Shown piece by piece: positions 8,879-16,249 of a stretch of 40,935 nt of DNA; position 1 is the stretch's first letter, and each line of letters begins with the position of its first letter. The notes below the pieces were generated by a model. That model was not told where the DNA came from, ran no database searches, and worked only from the letters and a program-made list of their open reading frames with translations. Made by a program: the position numbers and the translations under genes. This DNA comes from a virus (taxonomy: Duplodnaviria > Caudoviricetes). The stretch lies in the IMG/VR virus record IMGVR_UViG_3300048849_000161, positions 1-40,935 of that record; one strand, written 5' to 3'.

Positions 8879-9175
8879 ATGGATCAGATTGTGAAGTTGG
8901 AAACGGGCAGGTGGCTCCGGCGTCGAGACGCATGGATGCGCGGTCTCGTCGGGAACGAATTCGTCAGTCGGAATGGAAAGTTGGTGGGCTTCCACCTGGC
9001 GCTACGCCTCAGCGCAAAGAAGCCATACTGCTACCCGGCTATGCGCACGATCGGCAAAGCACTGGGAATATCGCCCCGTCACGTCGCCAGGGCGCTGAAA
9101 GAACTTGAGGATGAGCAGTGGGTGAGGGTGCGTCGGCAGCCCGGCAGGTCGAGCGTCTACAGCCTTGACCTATGA
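8879..9175 (+). CDS. Winged helix-turn-helix protein resembling the N-terminal domain of phage replication initiators
   Basis: CYPAMRTIGKALGISPRHVARALKELEDEQWVRVRRQPGRSSVYSL, HTH_36-like pattern. Confidence 0.8.
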   Translation: MDQIVKLETGRWLRRRDAWMRGLVGNEFVSRNGKLVGFHLALRLSAKKPYCYPAMRTIGKALGISPRHVARALKELEDEQWVRVRRQPGRSSVYSLDL

Positions 9176-9253
9176 CATGGCTGTCATACCCACCCATGAC
9201 ACCACTGTCATACGAGATACGGAAAGGATGAAATACGGAAAGAGATATCTCTT
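9171..9253. repeat. Iteron-like palindromes and repeats (candidate origin or operator)
   Basis: ATGACA-N4-TGTCAT at 9172-9187 and 9196-9211 (24-bp period), ATACGGAAAG at 9217 and 9233, 14-bp palindrome AAGAGATATCTCTT at 9240-9253. Confidence 0.7.
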
Positions 9254-9300
9254 ATCTGAGGTTCTTGCTCTGAGGGGAGTTGTTAGAAGGGTGGAGATGG

Positions 9301-9753
9301 TTATGGAAGACGCTCTATAACGCTAACTGCCCCACCGACCAAGATCTCTATGTTTTCGGTCGGATTGCCAAGCCAGTAGGATCGTATCCGTTCTTCCGAT
9401 TGCTGCAGATTGGTGCCGTTCCCCAAGCCCCAGAGGCTCCAGCTGGTCAGATGCGTTGGAGAACCGTCATCCAACATGGAGACCCGATAGATGATGCTCG
9501 CTGGTCCATGTGCCGATTTATAGGCCTGAGCTCCTTCATAGGTCGGGCAACCGAACAGGCAATCCAAGCGCGACGGTGCTTGAGGTTTAACAGCCAGCCG
9601 CATTGCCTCATAAGCCAGTTCAAAGATTATCTTGGTGGTTCCGTCATTTTGCCCCGTCAGATAGCTACTTCTCAGGATCCGACCCCAGTTGCCCGGCTCA
9701 ATGACGCTCCCGGCTCTGAGGGGGATCGGAGCGCAGTGGAAGAACTCAGTCAC
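9301..9753 (-). CDS. DUF2441-like protein (putative ADP-ribosyltransferase fold)
   Basis: FFH...ELAYEAMRL..KPQAPSRLDCLF...IYRV...YWLG..ENIEILVGG pattern; GTG start with GGAG SD. Confidence 0.65.
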   Translation of the reverse strand: MTEFFHCAPIPLRAGSVIEPGNWGRILRSSYLTGQNDGTTKIIFELAYEAMRLAVKPQAPSRLDCLFGCPTYEGAQAYKSAHGPASIIYRVSMLDDGSPTHLTSWSLWGLGNGTNLQQSEERIRSYWLGNPTENIEILVGGAVSVIERLP

Positions 9754-9779
9754 AACTACATCTCCACAGCCAGCCAGCT

Positions 9780-10169
9780 TTATTCAACGATCTCTCCCGC
9801 CGAATTAAACCCCGAGAGATAGCGCTTCTCACCCTCGGTTATCTGATGCGGGCGAATCCACTCGACCGGTTCCGCCCACTCCAGGCTCATGTCTAGGAAC
9901 GGGTCTCCGGTCACGGAAACGAGGTCCCAGGTGTTGGGCTTACGGCCCTTTTTCACAAACCGCAGCAGAACTCGGCCGGCGTCGGTCTTCACCACGCATA
10001 GCTGATCGATGATCTCATCCGAAGGCGTAGACTTGCGGTTCCGGAAGAACACCAGCCAGCCATCCTTGATCGCGCCCATCAAGTAGCCACGGACAGATAC
10101 CGCGGCCATGTCCTCGGTCGGATATGGGGCTGGCGTCATAAACGGTTCGCGGTCTCGCTGCCGGTCCAA
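9780..10169 (-). CDS. Stand-alone S24/CI C-terminal-like domain, catalytically degenerate
   Basis: AVSVRGYLM..DGWLVFF...LCVVKTDAGRVLLRFVKKG...DLVS...LEWAEPVEWIRP matches alphaproteobacterial CI C-termini; TTG start with AGGAAGG SD, or ATG at 10139. Confidence 0.75.
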   Translation of the reverse strand: MDRQRDREPFMTPAPYPTEDMAAVSVRGYLMGAIKDGWLVFFRNRKSTPSDEIIDQLCVVKTDAGRVLLRFVKKGRKPNTWDLVSVTGDPFLDMSLEWAEPVEWIRPHQITEGEKRYLSGFNSAGEIVE

Positions 10170-10230
10170 TTTTTAACCTTCCTGAATCAATCGTTTGCAG
10201 CTCTTCGCCGCTGTCGCCCGGCGTTCATCC

Positions 10231-10265
10231 TTGTAACCATCGTGAATTTTGTTCACTATAGGTTC
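10231..10265 (+). promoter_or_regulatory. SOS promoter with alphaproteobacterial LexA box
   Basis: GTTC-ACTATAG-GTTC (10251-10265) overlaps the -10 of TTGTAA-17 bp-CACTAT. Confidence 0.8.
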
Positions 10266-10290
10266 TTGTTTCTCGTTGGGCGGTAAAACC

Positions 10291-10536
10291 ATGACGCGCA
10301 TCTACGACAGGATCAGGCCTAAATTTGAAACCCGCAATGATGAGATCGTCGCAGGCCTGTTTCAGGTGGCTGGCGCTGACCGCCCAGCTGCCCCGGAGAT
10401 CGTCATCAAGAGGAAAGCAGCTGAAATCTCGACCCTCATGGCGCTGATACACGGCGGCGACTGGCGGGTTCAGATTGATCATGAGGATGGTCTGATTGTG
10501 ATTGCTCGCCGGCGGCGTCGTCGACAAAGCCCTTGA
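10291..10536 (+). CDS. Small SOS-inducible protein, candidate antirepressor
   Basis: 81 aa from ATG 10291, directly downstream of the LexA box; overlaps the 3' end of cI in antisense. Confidence 0.65.
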   Translation: MTRIYDRIRPKFETRNDEIVAGLFQVAGADRPAAPEIVIKRKAAEISTLMALIHGGDWRVQIDHEDGLIVIARRRRRRQSP

Positions 10537-10846
10537 TGGCCTTGAAGGCCGCTGGGAGTTCTTCCCGATCTACCCCGTAAGCGATGAGGGCGGACCTCAA
10601 CAGCTCTTCCGGCGTCTGCAGGTTGGCATTCTTGCCAATGAGACGGATCCGAATGTCCATCGCCTCCAACACCGCCTGGACATAATCGAACTTCGCGCTG
10701 AAATCCTTCCCGTCCTTCAGGCTTCGCTTCCAGTTCCTGATGGTGTCTGTGCTGCCGGTCGCACGACGTGACAATTCGGTCATCGTCTCGCCTGTTGCGG
10801 CCTCGTGGCTCTCGACCAGCCGCAGTATCTCTTGGACGTCAATCAT
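10436..10846 (-). CDS. CI-like repressor (HTH only, no S24 autoprotease domain)
   Basis: MTELSRRATGSTDTIRNWKR HTH; divergent from cro across three operators. Confidence 0.8.
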   Translation of the reverse strand: MIDVQEILRLVESHEAATGETMTELSRRATGSTDTIRNWKRSLKDGKDFSAKFDYVQAVLEAMDIRIRLIGKNANLQTPEELLRSALIAYGVDREELPAAFKAIKGFVDDAAGEQSQSDHPHDQSEPASRRRVSAP

Positions 10847-10847
10847 C

Positions 10848-10925
10848 CTGTAAAATTACCGCTGAGGAAGATTCAACGCGAGCGGTAAGAAAACCGTTGA
10901 CATGAGCGGTTAAATTACCGATGAT
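10848..10925. promoter_or_regulatory. OR operators (three) and PR promoter
   Basis: CTGT-AAAATT-ACCG 10848-61, CGGT-AAGAAA-ACCG 10883-96, CGGT-TAAATT-ACCG 10907-20; TTGACA(10897)-17 bp-GATGAT. Confidence 0.85.
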
Positions 10926-10931
10926 GCGGTC

Positions 10932-11174
10932 ATGCTCAACATTGAACACCTCATCACCGTGGCCGACGAATATGGCCGAGTTGCCCAGGTCGAAGAAAAG
11001 ACCGTGAGCAGCCGCGTCTTCCAGGACAGCAAAAAGCTTGGCGCCATTCGCGCCGGGTCCGACATCACCGTGGGGCGCTACAATGCGGCGCTGGCGTGGT
11101 TCTCGGCGAACTGGCCTGATCATGCTGTCTGGCCTCGTGACGTGCCGCGACCAGCGGTTGAGGTGGCGGCATGA
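10932..11174 (+). CDS. Cro-like regulator
   Basis: First gene after PR; EKTVSSRVFQDSKKL..IRAGSDITV..WFSANWP..WPRDVPRP typical of alphaproteobacterial Cro-position proteins. Confidence 0.8.
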   Translation: MLNIEHLITVADEYGRVAQVEEKTVSSRVFQDSKKLGAIRAGSDITVGRYNAALAWFSANWPDHAVWPRDVPRPAVEVAA

Positions 11175-11950
11175 GAGAGCGCACCCGCCTTCAGATCGAG
11201 CGTATCCGCCAGATGGCGGATCAGGGTCTCACCATCACTGAGGCAGCCAATTCCCTCAACGTCACCTACCACTACACCGCCAGTGTAGCTCGACAGAACG
11301 GGATCGTTTTTCAGCGCGCAAGAAGCGGGCCTTCGGCGCCTTCCGGGCGCAACGTTGAGATATGCAGGCGCTACCTCGCTGGCGCGAAACAGATCAGGCT
11401 CGCGGAGCAGTTCGGGATCACGAGGGAGCGTGTCCGCCAGATCATTGAGAAGGCTGGGCTTGTATCTGAGACCAAGCGCCATGCGGATTACATCGCGACT
11501 GTGGCCGGTGCTGTTGCGCGAAAGGGCCTCACTCTCGCGGAGGCTGCTGACATGTTCAACACCAGCCGCATGAACATCTATAACTACTGCCGCGAACATG
11601 GCGTCAGGCCAGCCACTAAGACCTCCGAGGAGGCCGCAGAACTCAATGCGTTGGCCCAGCAGGTTGTTGAAGGCAAGAGCATCCGCAAAGCGGCTGGTCT
11701 CGATCACAACAAGGCAGAACGCCTTCGGCGCCACATGGCGCACAAAGGCATCACCGCCAAAGGCCGCAGCCGCCACGACGACATGACAGATCGCAAACTC
11801 TTGGTCGCGAAGTGGCGCCAGGATGGGTTCTCGTGGCCTCAGTGCGCGCAAAATCTCTCGGAACATGATGGCCGGCCTATCAGCGTCGGTGGTCTCTACA
11901 TGTGGTGCCAACGTCATATGCCCGAACTCTTTCGGGAGACCGCAGCATGA
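11171..11950 (+). CDS. Multi-HTH DNA-binding protein (sigma region 4-like repeat)
   Basis: Several HTH-like segments: GLTITEAANSLNV, LAEQFGITRERVRQII, GLTLAEAADMFNTSR. Confidence 0.75.
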   Translation: MRERTRLQIERIRQMADQGLTITEAANSLNVTYHYTASVARQNGIVFQRARSGPSAPSGRNVEICRRYLAGAKQIRLAEQFGITRERVRQIIEKAGLVSETKRHADYIATVAGAVARKGLTLAEAADMFNTSRMNIYNYCREHGVRPATKTSEEAAELNALAQQVVEGKSIRKAAGLDHNKAERLRRHMAHKGITAKGRSRHDDMTDRKLLVAKWRQDGFSWPQCAQNLSEHDGRPISVGGLYMWCQRHMPELFRETAA

Positions 11951-12201
11951 CCACCAACACTGAATGGCAGCCGCACGACGGGACCGGGATGCCGGTACCG
12001 TACGGCACCTTGGTCGACGTCCGGCACAGAGATGGCGATGTGTTCTTTGCACAGCCTGCAGGGGTTCGAGACGATAGCCCAAACCAAGACGATCCATCGT
12101 GCGGATTTGCCCATGACTGGACTGCCGATGGGTTTTCCGGGGGCGACATCATCGCCTACCGCGTTCATACGCCCGCACCCGAGCAAGGGGAAACAGCATG
12201 A
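11947..12201 (+). CDS. Hypothetical protein
   Basis: WQPHDGTGMPV..VDVRHRDG...DIIAYRV; ATGA-coupled. Confidence 0.75.
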   Translation: MTTNTEWQPHDGTGMPVPYGTLVDVRHRDGDVFFAQPAGVRDDSPNQDDPSCGFAHDWTADGFSGGDIIAYRVHTPAPEQGETA

Positions 12202-12479
12202 ACGAGAACCGCGAAGAGATCTGTAAGTGTGAGCTTTGCTTGAAGCCGATCTATGCGGGCGACCGGTACAGCAACACCGATGACGGCGTCTCCTTCTGTG
12301 AAGAGCACGCGTACTGCCTGTCTGATGTCGTCGAGCAGCATGCCGAAATTTTGGCGATGGTTCCCTGGCAGCCCGGTGAATTGGACTACAGCAGCCGGGC
12401 TGAGATGCTGACGGCTTACTTCCGAATGAAGGCGGATCTGGAGGCCAACGGCGACCGCAAGCTTCTGGTGGAGGCCTGA
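12198..12479 (+). CDS. Hypothetical protein, possible Zn finger
   Basis: CELC...CEEH; ATGA-coupled. Confidence 0.7.
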   Translation: MNENREEICKCELCLKPIYAGDRYSNTDDGVSFCEEHAYCLSDVVEQHAEILAMVPWQPGELDYSSRAEMLTAYFRMKADLEANGDRKLLVEA

Positions 12480-12480
12480 C

Positions 12481-12687
12481 ATGATCGAGCCCCAGTTCAA
12501 AGCAGTCACAGACGCAGACGTTCTCCGCATCATGCAGCAGCCGAGAAGCGATTTCTTCCCGGTCCCGATGCGCGGCCCAACCGAGCCTGAGGACGCAGCA
12601 GCAGACGCGGTCCGCGATACCGGAACGCAAGGCCAGATCGAAGGCTACGAGCCTTGGACGAGAACCCAGAAAGGGAGAGCGGCATGA
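12481..12687 (+). CDS. Hypothetical protein
   Basis: SD GGAGG, operon position. Confidence 0.6.
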   Translation: MIEPQFKAVTDADVLRIMQQPRSDFFPVPMRGPTEPEDAAADAVRDTGTQGQIEGYEPWTRTQKGRAA

Positions 12688-13013
12688 ACACGGTTGAAAT
12701 CCTCAAGGCAGCTCGCGACCTGATCGCGGATGAGACGAAGTGGACGCAGGGGTGCTCCGCGAAAGACGCGAAGGGAGAATACGTTTCCCCCCTGAGTGTT
12801 GAGGCTGTTTGCTTCTGCGCGATTGGCGCGGTGTCCAAAGTTTCTGGTCAGCCGGCCTTTGTAGCCGACAAAAGTGAACCCGCTAGATATCTTTGGGAGG
12901 TTATCGGCGTCAGAGATCAGTTTGTGTTCGAATTCAACGACACCCACACTCATCCCGAGGTCATCGCACTCTTCGACAAGGCCATCGCTCGAGCAGAGCA
13001 GGTGCCGGCATGA
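12684..13013 (+). CDS. Conserved-type phage protein (DUF6197-like)
   Basis: ILKAARDLI...WTQG...CFCAIGAV...FND..THPEVIALFDKAI. Confidence 0.65.
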   Translation: MNTVEILKAARDLIADETKWTQGCSAKDAKGEYVSPLSVEAVCFCAIGAVSKVSGQPAFVADKSEPARYLWEVIGVRDQFVFEFNDTHTHPEVIALFDKAIARAEQVPA

Positions 13014-13162
13014 ACCTCGTCCTCTCCGAACCCGTCATCATCTGGGGAATCCTTGGCTTCTGTGCCTTTGGCCTCATCTGTGTCGTTTGCGCTCTCGTCT
13101 ACGAGAAGCTGCAGCCCAGTGAGGACGACGAGATCGATTTCACCCGTGGTGATCGGCTCTAG
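13010..13162 (+). CDS. Small membrane protein
   Basis: MNLVLSEPVIIWGILGFCAFGLICVVCALVY; ATGA-coupled. Confidence 0.6.
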   Translation: MNLVLSEPVIIWGILGFCAFGLICVVCALVYEKLQPSEDDEIDFTRGDRL

Positions 13163-13381
13163 CCATTTCGCTCGCCATCTTCGTCAACCGACTGATGGCA
13201 GCTCCTACAACCACAGCCTGGGCGGCTTCGCCAAGGCTTTGCCAATCTCCCAGGAGAGCGGCTGACGGCGGGGCGGAAGTCCCTGCAAGGACCAAGGCTC
13301 CGCCGTCTGATTTGTGAGTGCTCCTGAACGTCATCTGCAGCTCCTTCGAACGAGCTGAAGATGCCATCGAAAGGAGCCGAC

Positions 13382-13777
13382 GTGTTGGAAACGCAAGCCC
13401 AGAGTTTGGAGAAGAACTCCAAGGGGAATCGGAAAATGAGTGACGCAGTATTCGCGCAAGGATTGATCCGCGAGGCTTTCCCGAAGGAGCTTTACGGTGG
13501 CTACAAGGCCGCTGTCTACGCCGCCTATCGGTACATGTCTCCCCGCGTCTCCAAGAGGTTCACAGAGCGCCGAGCAAGAGCGATCTGGGACGGTGAAGCC
13601 CGTCGCATCGACATGGAGGAGGCGGACGTTTTGAGATCCGCCCTTATCGAGGAAGCACGCAATGAAAAGCAAAGACTCCGTGCCCGTCTGGCTTCGCTGG
13701 ATGCGAAAATTGCCGCTGCTGAGGCGGCTGCACATCGCCAAGAGGTGGCGGGCACGAGCAACGAAATGGGCCGATAG
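13382..13777 (+). CDS. Putative transcriptional regulator (CII-position protein)
   Basis: GTG start after AAAGGAG (alternative ATG 13436); TERRARAIWDGEARRID recognition-helix-like motif plus coiled coil. Confidence 0.55.
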   Translation: MLETQAQSLEKNSKGNRKMSDAVFAQGLIREAFPKELYGGYKAAVYAAYRYMSPRVSKRFTERRARAIWDGEARRIDMEEADVLRSALIEEARNEKQRLRARLASLDAKIAAAEAAAHRQEVAGTSNEMGR

Positions 13778-13816
13778 GGCGGACTACATCTGCCCCGATG
13801 CGAAGGAGGACGGCGA

Positions 13817-14101
13817 ATGAGCGACATCGGACACAATGCACATGGCGTTGCCCGTGACCAGCTCCGGGCCTTCGTAGAGCGCATCGAGAGATTGGAAACC
13901 GAGAAGAAGGGCCTGTCGGACGACATCAGGGATGTCTACGGCGAAGCCAAATCGCTCGGCTTTGACACCAAGATCCTCAAGAAGGTCATCGCCCTGCGCA
14001 AGAAAGACGAGCAGGAACGGATGGAAGAGGACCTGATCCTCGATACCTATCTGCAGGCGCTCGGCATGCAACCGGATCTGTTCGAAGGAGACGGCGCATG
14101 A
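13817..14101 (+). CDS. GapR-like (DUF2312/UPF0335) nucleoid-associated protein
   Basis: [48 protein letters not shown]...[10 protein letters not shown]. Confidence 0.93.
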   Translation: MSDIGHNAHGVARDQLRAFVERIERLETEKKGLSDDIRDVYGEAKSLGFDTKILKKVIALRKKDEQERMEEDLILDTYLQALGMQPDLFEGDGA

Positions 14102-14454
14102 AAGCGGAGATCTTCCTCCCATGGCCTGACTGTCGTCTCAGCCCGAACGGGAGACATCACTGGGCCCAGGTCGCGCGCGCCAAGAAGGCAGCAAAGCGCA
14201 CCGCCTATTACACCACGCTTGAAGCTGGCATCGGGCCGATCGACGCGGACAGCATCCTTGTCAGGTACTCGTTCTATCCGCCAAGCCGCCGGGCGTTCGA
14301 TCTCGACAACATGGTCGCCAGCATGAAGGCAGCGGCCGACGGGATTTCCAAGGCGATCGGCATCGACGACGCGAAGTGGAACCTTGCTGTTTCCCCGCAT
14401 GGTCCTGTCGAGAAGAACGGCATGGTGAAAGTGGAACTGGAGTGGAAGGCATGA
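14098..14454 (+). CDS. RusA-like Holliday junction resolvase
   Basis: [32 protein letters not shown]...IDD. Confidence 0.8.
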   Translation: MKAEIFLPWPDCRLSPNGRHHWAQVARAKKAAKRTAYYTTLEAGIGPIDADSILVRYSFYPPSRRAFDLDNMVASMKAAADGISKAIGIDDAKWNLAVSPHGPVEKNGMVKVELEWKA

Positions 14455-15122
14455 ACGCGCCCGTATCGTCACGCGGCCTGTTCCGCGCCACCGGCAAGAA
14501 GTCCAAGCCCGTCGCCGTGCGCGACCTGGAAGGTAACATCGTCAAGGTGGACGCGCTGGAGCGAGAGAAGGATGACTTCTACCCCACGCCTCCGGAGCCG
14601 ACACGGGCCTTTCTCCACGCTGAACTCAACCACCTTCTGCCGTTCGGAACAGTGTGGGAAGCGGCGGCTGGCGACGGCGCAATGGTCCGAGAGATGGAAG
14701 TCATGGGCCTGAAGGTCGTGGCGACCGATCTTGTCGACCGTGGCTGCGGTGCGGAGGTAAGGAGCTTCTACGACTTCCAGACGCCACCGGCACGAGCCAT
14801 CGTCACGAATCCTCCTTTCGGCGAATGCGGATGGGGCAACGGCAAGGCCCGCTGGCTGAAGCACGCTCTTGATGTCCTCGACGTGGATTACATGGCGTTA
14901 CTCATGAACTGGGGATGGCCGGGAGCCGGAGGCCTCAAGCACTTCTACGCCGCTCACCCGCCCGCCCGGGTCTACCTGATGCGGTGGAAGATCGACTTCA
15001 CGGGGCAGGGCGCTCCTCCGATGCTCAACGCCTGGTTCGTCTGGGACAAGAAGCACAAGGGCGAAACGGTCCTCCGAATGCTCGACCGCAAGGATGCCAG
15101 ACAAGAGGAGATGTTCGCATGA
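14451..15122 (+). CDS. Orphan amino-DNA methyltransferase
   Basis: DFYPTPPE, motif I-like WEAAAGDG, motif IV IVTNPPF. Confidence 0.85.
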   Translation: MNAPVSSRGLFRATGKKSKPVAVRDLEGNIVKVDALEREKDDFYPTPPEPTRAFLHAELNHLLPFGTVWEAAAGDGAMVREMEVMGLKVVATDLVDRGCGAEVRSFYDFQTPPARAIVTNPPFGECGWGNGKARWLKHALDVLDVDYMALLMNWGWPGAGGLKHFYAAHPPARVYLMRWKIDFTGQGAPPMLNAWFVWDKKHKGETVLRMLDRKDARQEEMFA

Positions 15123-15499
15123 ACGCCCAACAGACCGAACAATTCGAGCAGTTCTGGCGCACCTATCCCCGCAGGATCGGCAAGGGAGCAGCCCGCAAGG
15201 CCTTCGAGAAGGCGCTGAAGCTGGCGACCTTCGAAGAGATCATGACCGGCATCACCCGGCAGCTTCCCTACTACTCCAGCCGGGAACAGCAGTTCATCCC
15301 GCATCCAACGACGTGGCTCAATCAGGAGCGGTGGGCAGATGAGCCCCAGCCGGTCCAGCAGCGCCGGCAGGGCGACATGGTCTCATACATCGACAACACA
15401 TTCACGGGTAACGGCTATGGCTTCTCAACAGTGGCAGATGCAGGTTTTGAACGCGCTACGCACGCTCTGGATAACCCTTCCTCTTCGCGGCGTAACTGA
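15119..15499 (+). CDS. Replication initiator C-terminal-like domain protein
   Basis: FEQFWRTYPRRIGKGAARKAF...FIPHPTTWLNQERWADE; no N-terminal HTH. Confidence 0.75.
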   Translation: MNAQQTEQFEQFWRTYPRRIGKGAARKAFEKALKLATFEEIMTGITRQLPYYSSREQQFIPHPTTWLNQERWADEPQPVQQRRQGDMVSYIDNTFTGNGYGFSTVADAGFERATHALDNPSSSRRN

Positions 15500-15953
15500 C
15501 GAGCAGGGCACGCTGGACGCCTACGGCTTCGCGCTGGAGCCGTTCTCCATCGAGGCCATCCAGAACACGATCAACTCTCTTCGCCGTGGCGAGATAGAGG
15601 ACGCAAGCAAGCAGTGGTGCCCAAGGCCTCCTGAGCTCGCCTCGTTCGTCCGTGCCGAGCAGAAAAGGCTGGAGGCCATCCATAGCCGGCCGGCAGTGAG
15701 CTACGCCCCTGTCGATGTGCCGTTCAAGGACTGGCGAGTAATCCACCGGCAGCGCGCCAATGATCTTCAGGCGGCTGGCTTCGGCCTTTTCAGGAAAGAA
15801 GTGACGATCGACATCTTCAGCCTGGGTTGCCGCCGTCGTGCTTGGCCAGCTGGATCGATCTGGTTCTGGTGCATCGAGGAAGTATGGGCGCCGCCTGCGG
15901 CTGCGATGCCGACCACTGACGAAGCTCTCAACATTGAGGAGAAGGCAGCATGA
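15417..15953 (+). CDS. Putative helicase loader/inhibitor-like replication protein
   Basis: Position after initiator domain; YGFALEPFSIEAI...WCPRPPELA pattern. Confidence 0.5.
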   Translation: MASQQWQMQVLNALRTLWITLPLRGVTDEQGTLDAYGFALEPFSIEAIQNTINSLRRGEIEDASKQWCPRPPELASFVRAEQKRLEAIHSRPAVSYAPVDVPFKDWRVIHRQRANDLQAAGFGLFRKEVTIDIFSLGCRRRAWPAGSIWFWCIEEVWAPPAAAMPTTDEALNIEEKAA

Positions 15954-16249
15954 CCCGATTGCGGGAAGCAGTAGATTGGCTGGTCGATGCATTTCGAGGG
16001 CTGTACCCATTCGTAATTTGCTGGATCGGCGCGCTCGCATTCGCCGTTGGCTGGCATGACCAGACGGAAGGTGCGGCCTTGGTCGTTACTGCCATCGCTG
16101 GGTTGTCCTTCACTTGGGCCATTGATCTTGCCTACGCTCGAGGCAAGGCGAAGGGCGAAAGCGAAACCGCTGCCAAGATGGTCGCGCTCATCACGTCAGG
16201 CGCAGACACAACGATAAGCATCGAGATCAATGAAGGGCGCGCAGAATGA
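15950..16249 (+). CDS. Membrane protein
   Basis: Two hydrophobic segments; ATGA-coupled. Confidence 0.65.
   Translation: MTRLREAVDWLVDAFRGLYPFVICWIGALAFAVGWHDQTEGAALVVTAIAGLSFTWAIDLAYARGKAKGESETAAKMVALITSGADTTISIEINEGRAE

Noticed and set aside
8821-9253. CRISPR-like mini-array
   Set aside because: Only two copies of each short repeat with 6-12 bp gaps; better explained as operators and iterons; no cas genes.
9126-9320. +1 frame continuing through the iterons after the wHTH gene (possible frameshifted initiator)
   Set aside because: Open for only about 50 codons past the stop, no slippery site, and no initiator C-terminal motif.
9280-9822. 180-aa plus-strand ORF
   Set aside because: Antisense to the DUF2441-like gene, which has the recognisable motifs and SD.
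10281-10290. CGGTAAAACC as a sixth CI operator
   Set aside because: Wrong spacing; only a half-site.
10225-10527. 100-aa minus ORF possibly linking cI to the S24 domain by frameshift
   Set aside because: It stops at 10225 before the S24 ORF, has no slippery site, and is the shadow of the LexA-controlled plus-strand gene.
11120-12097. 325-aa minus-strand ORF
   Set aside because: Shadow of the coupled plus-strand early genes.
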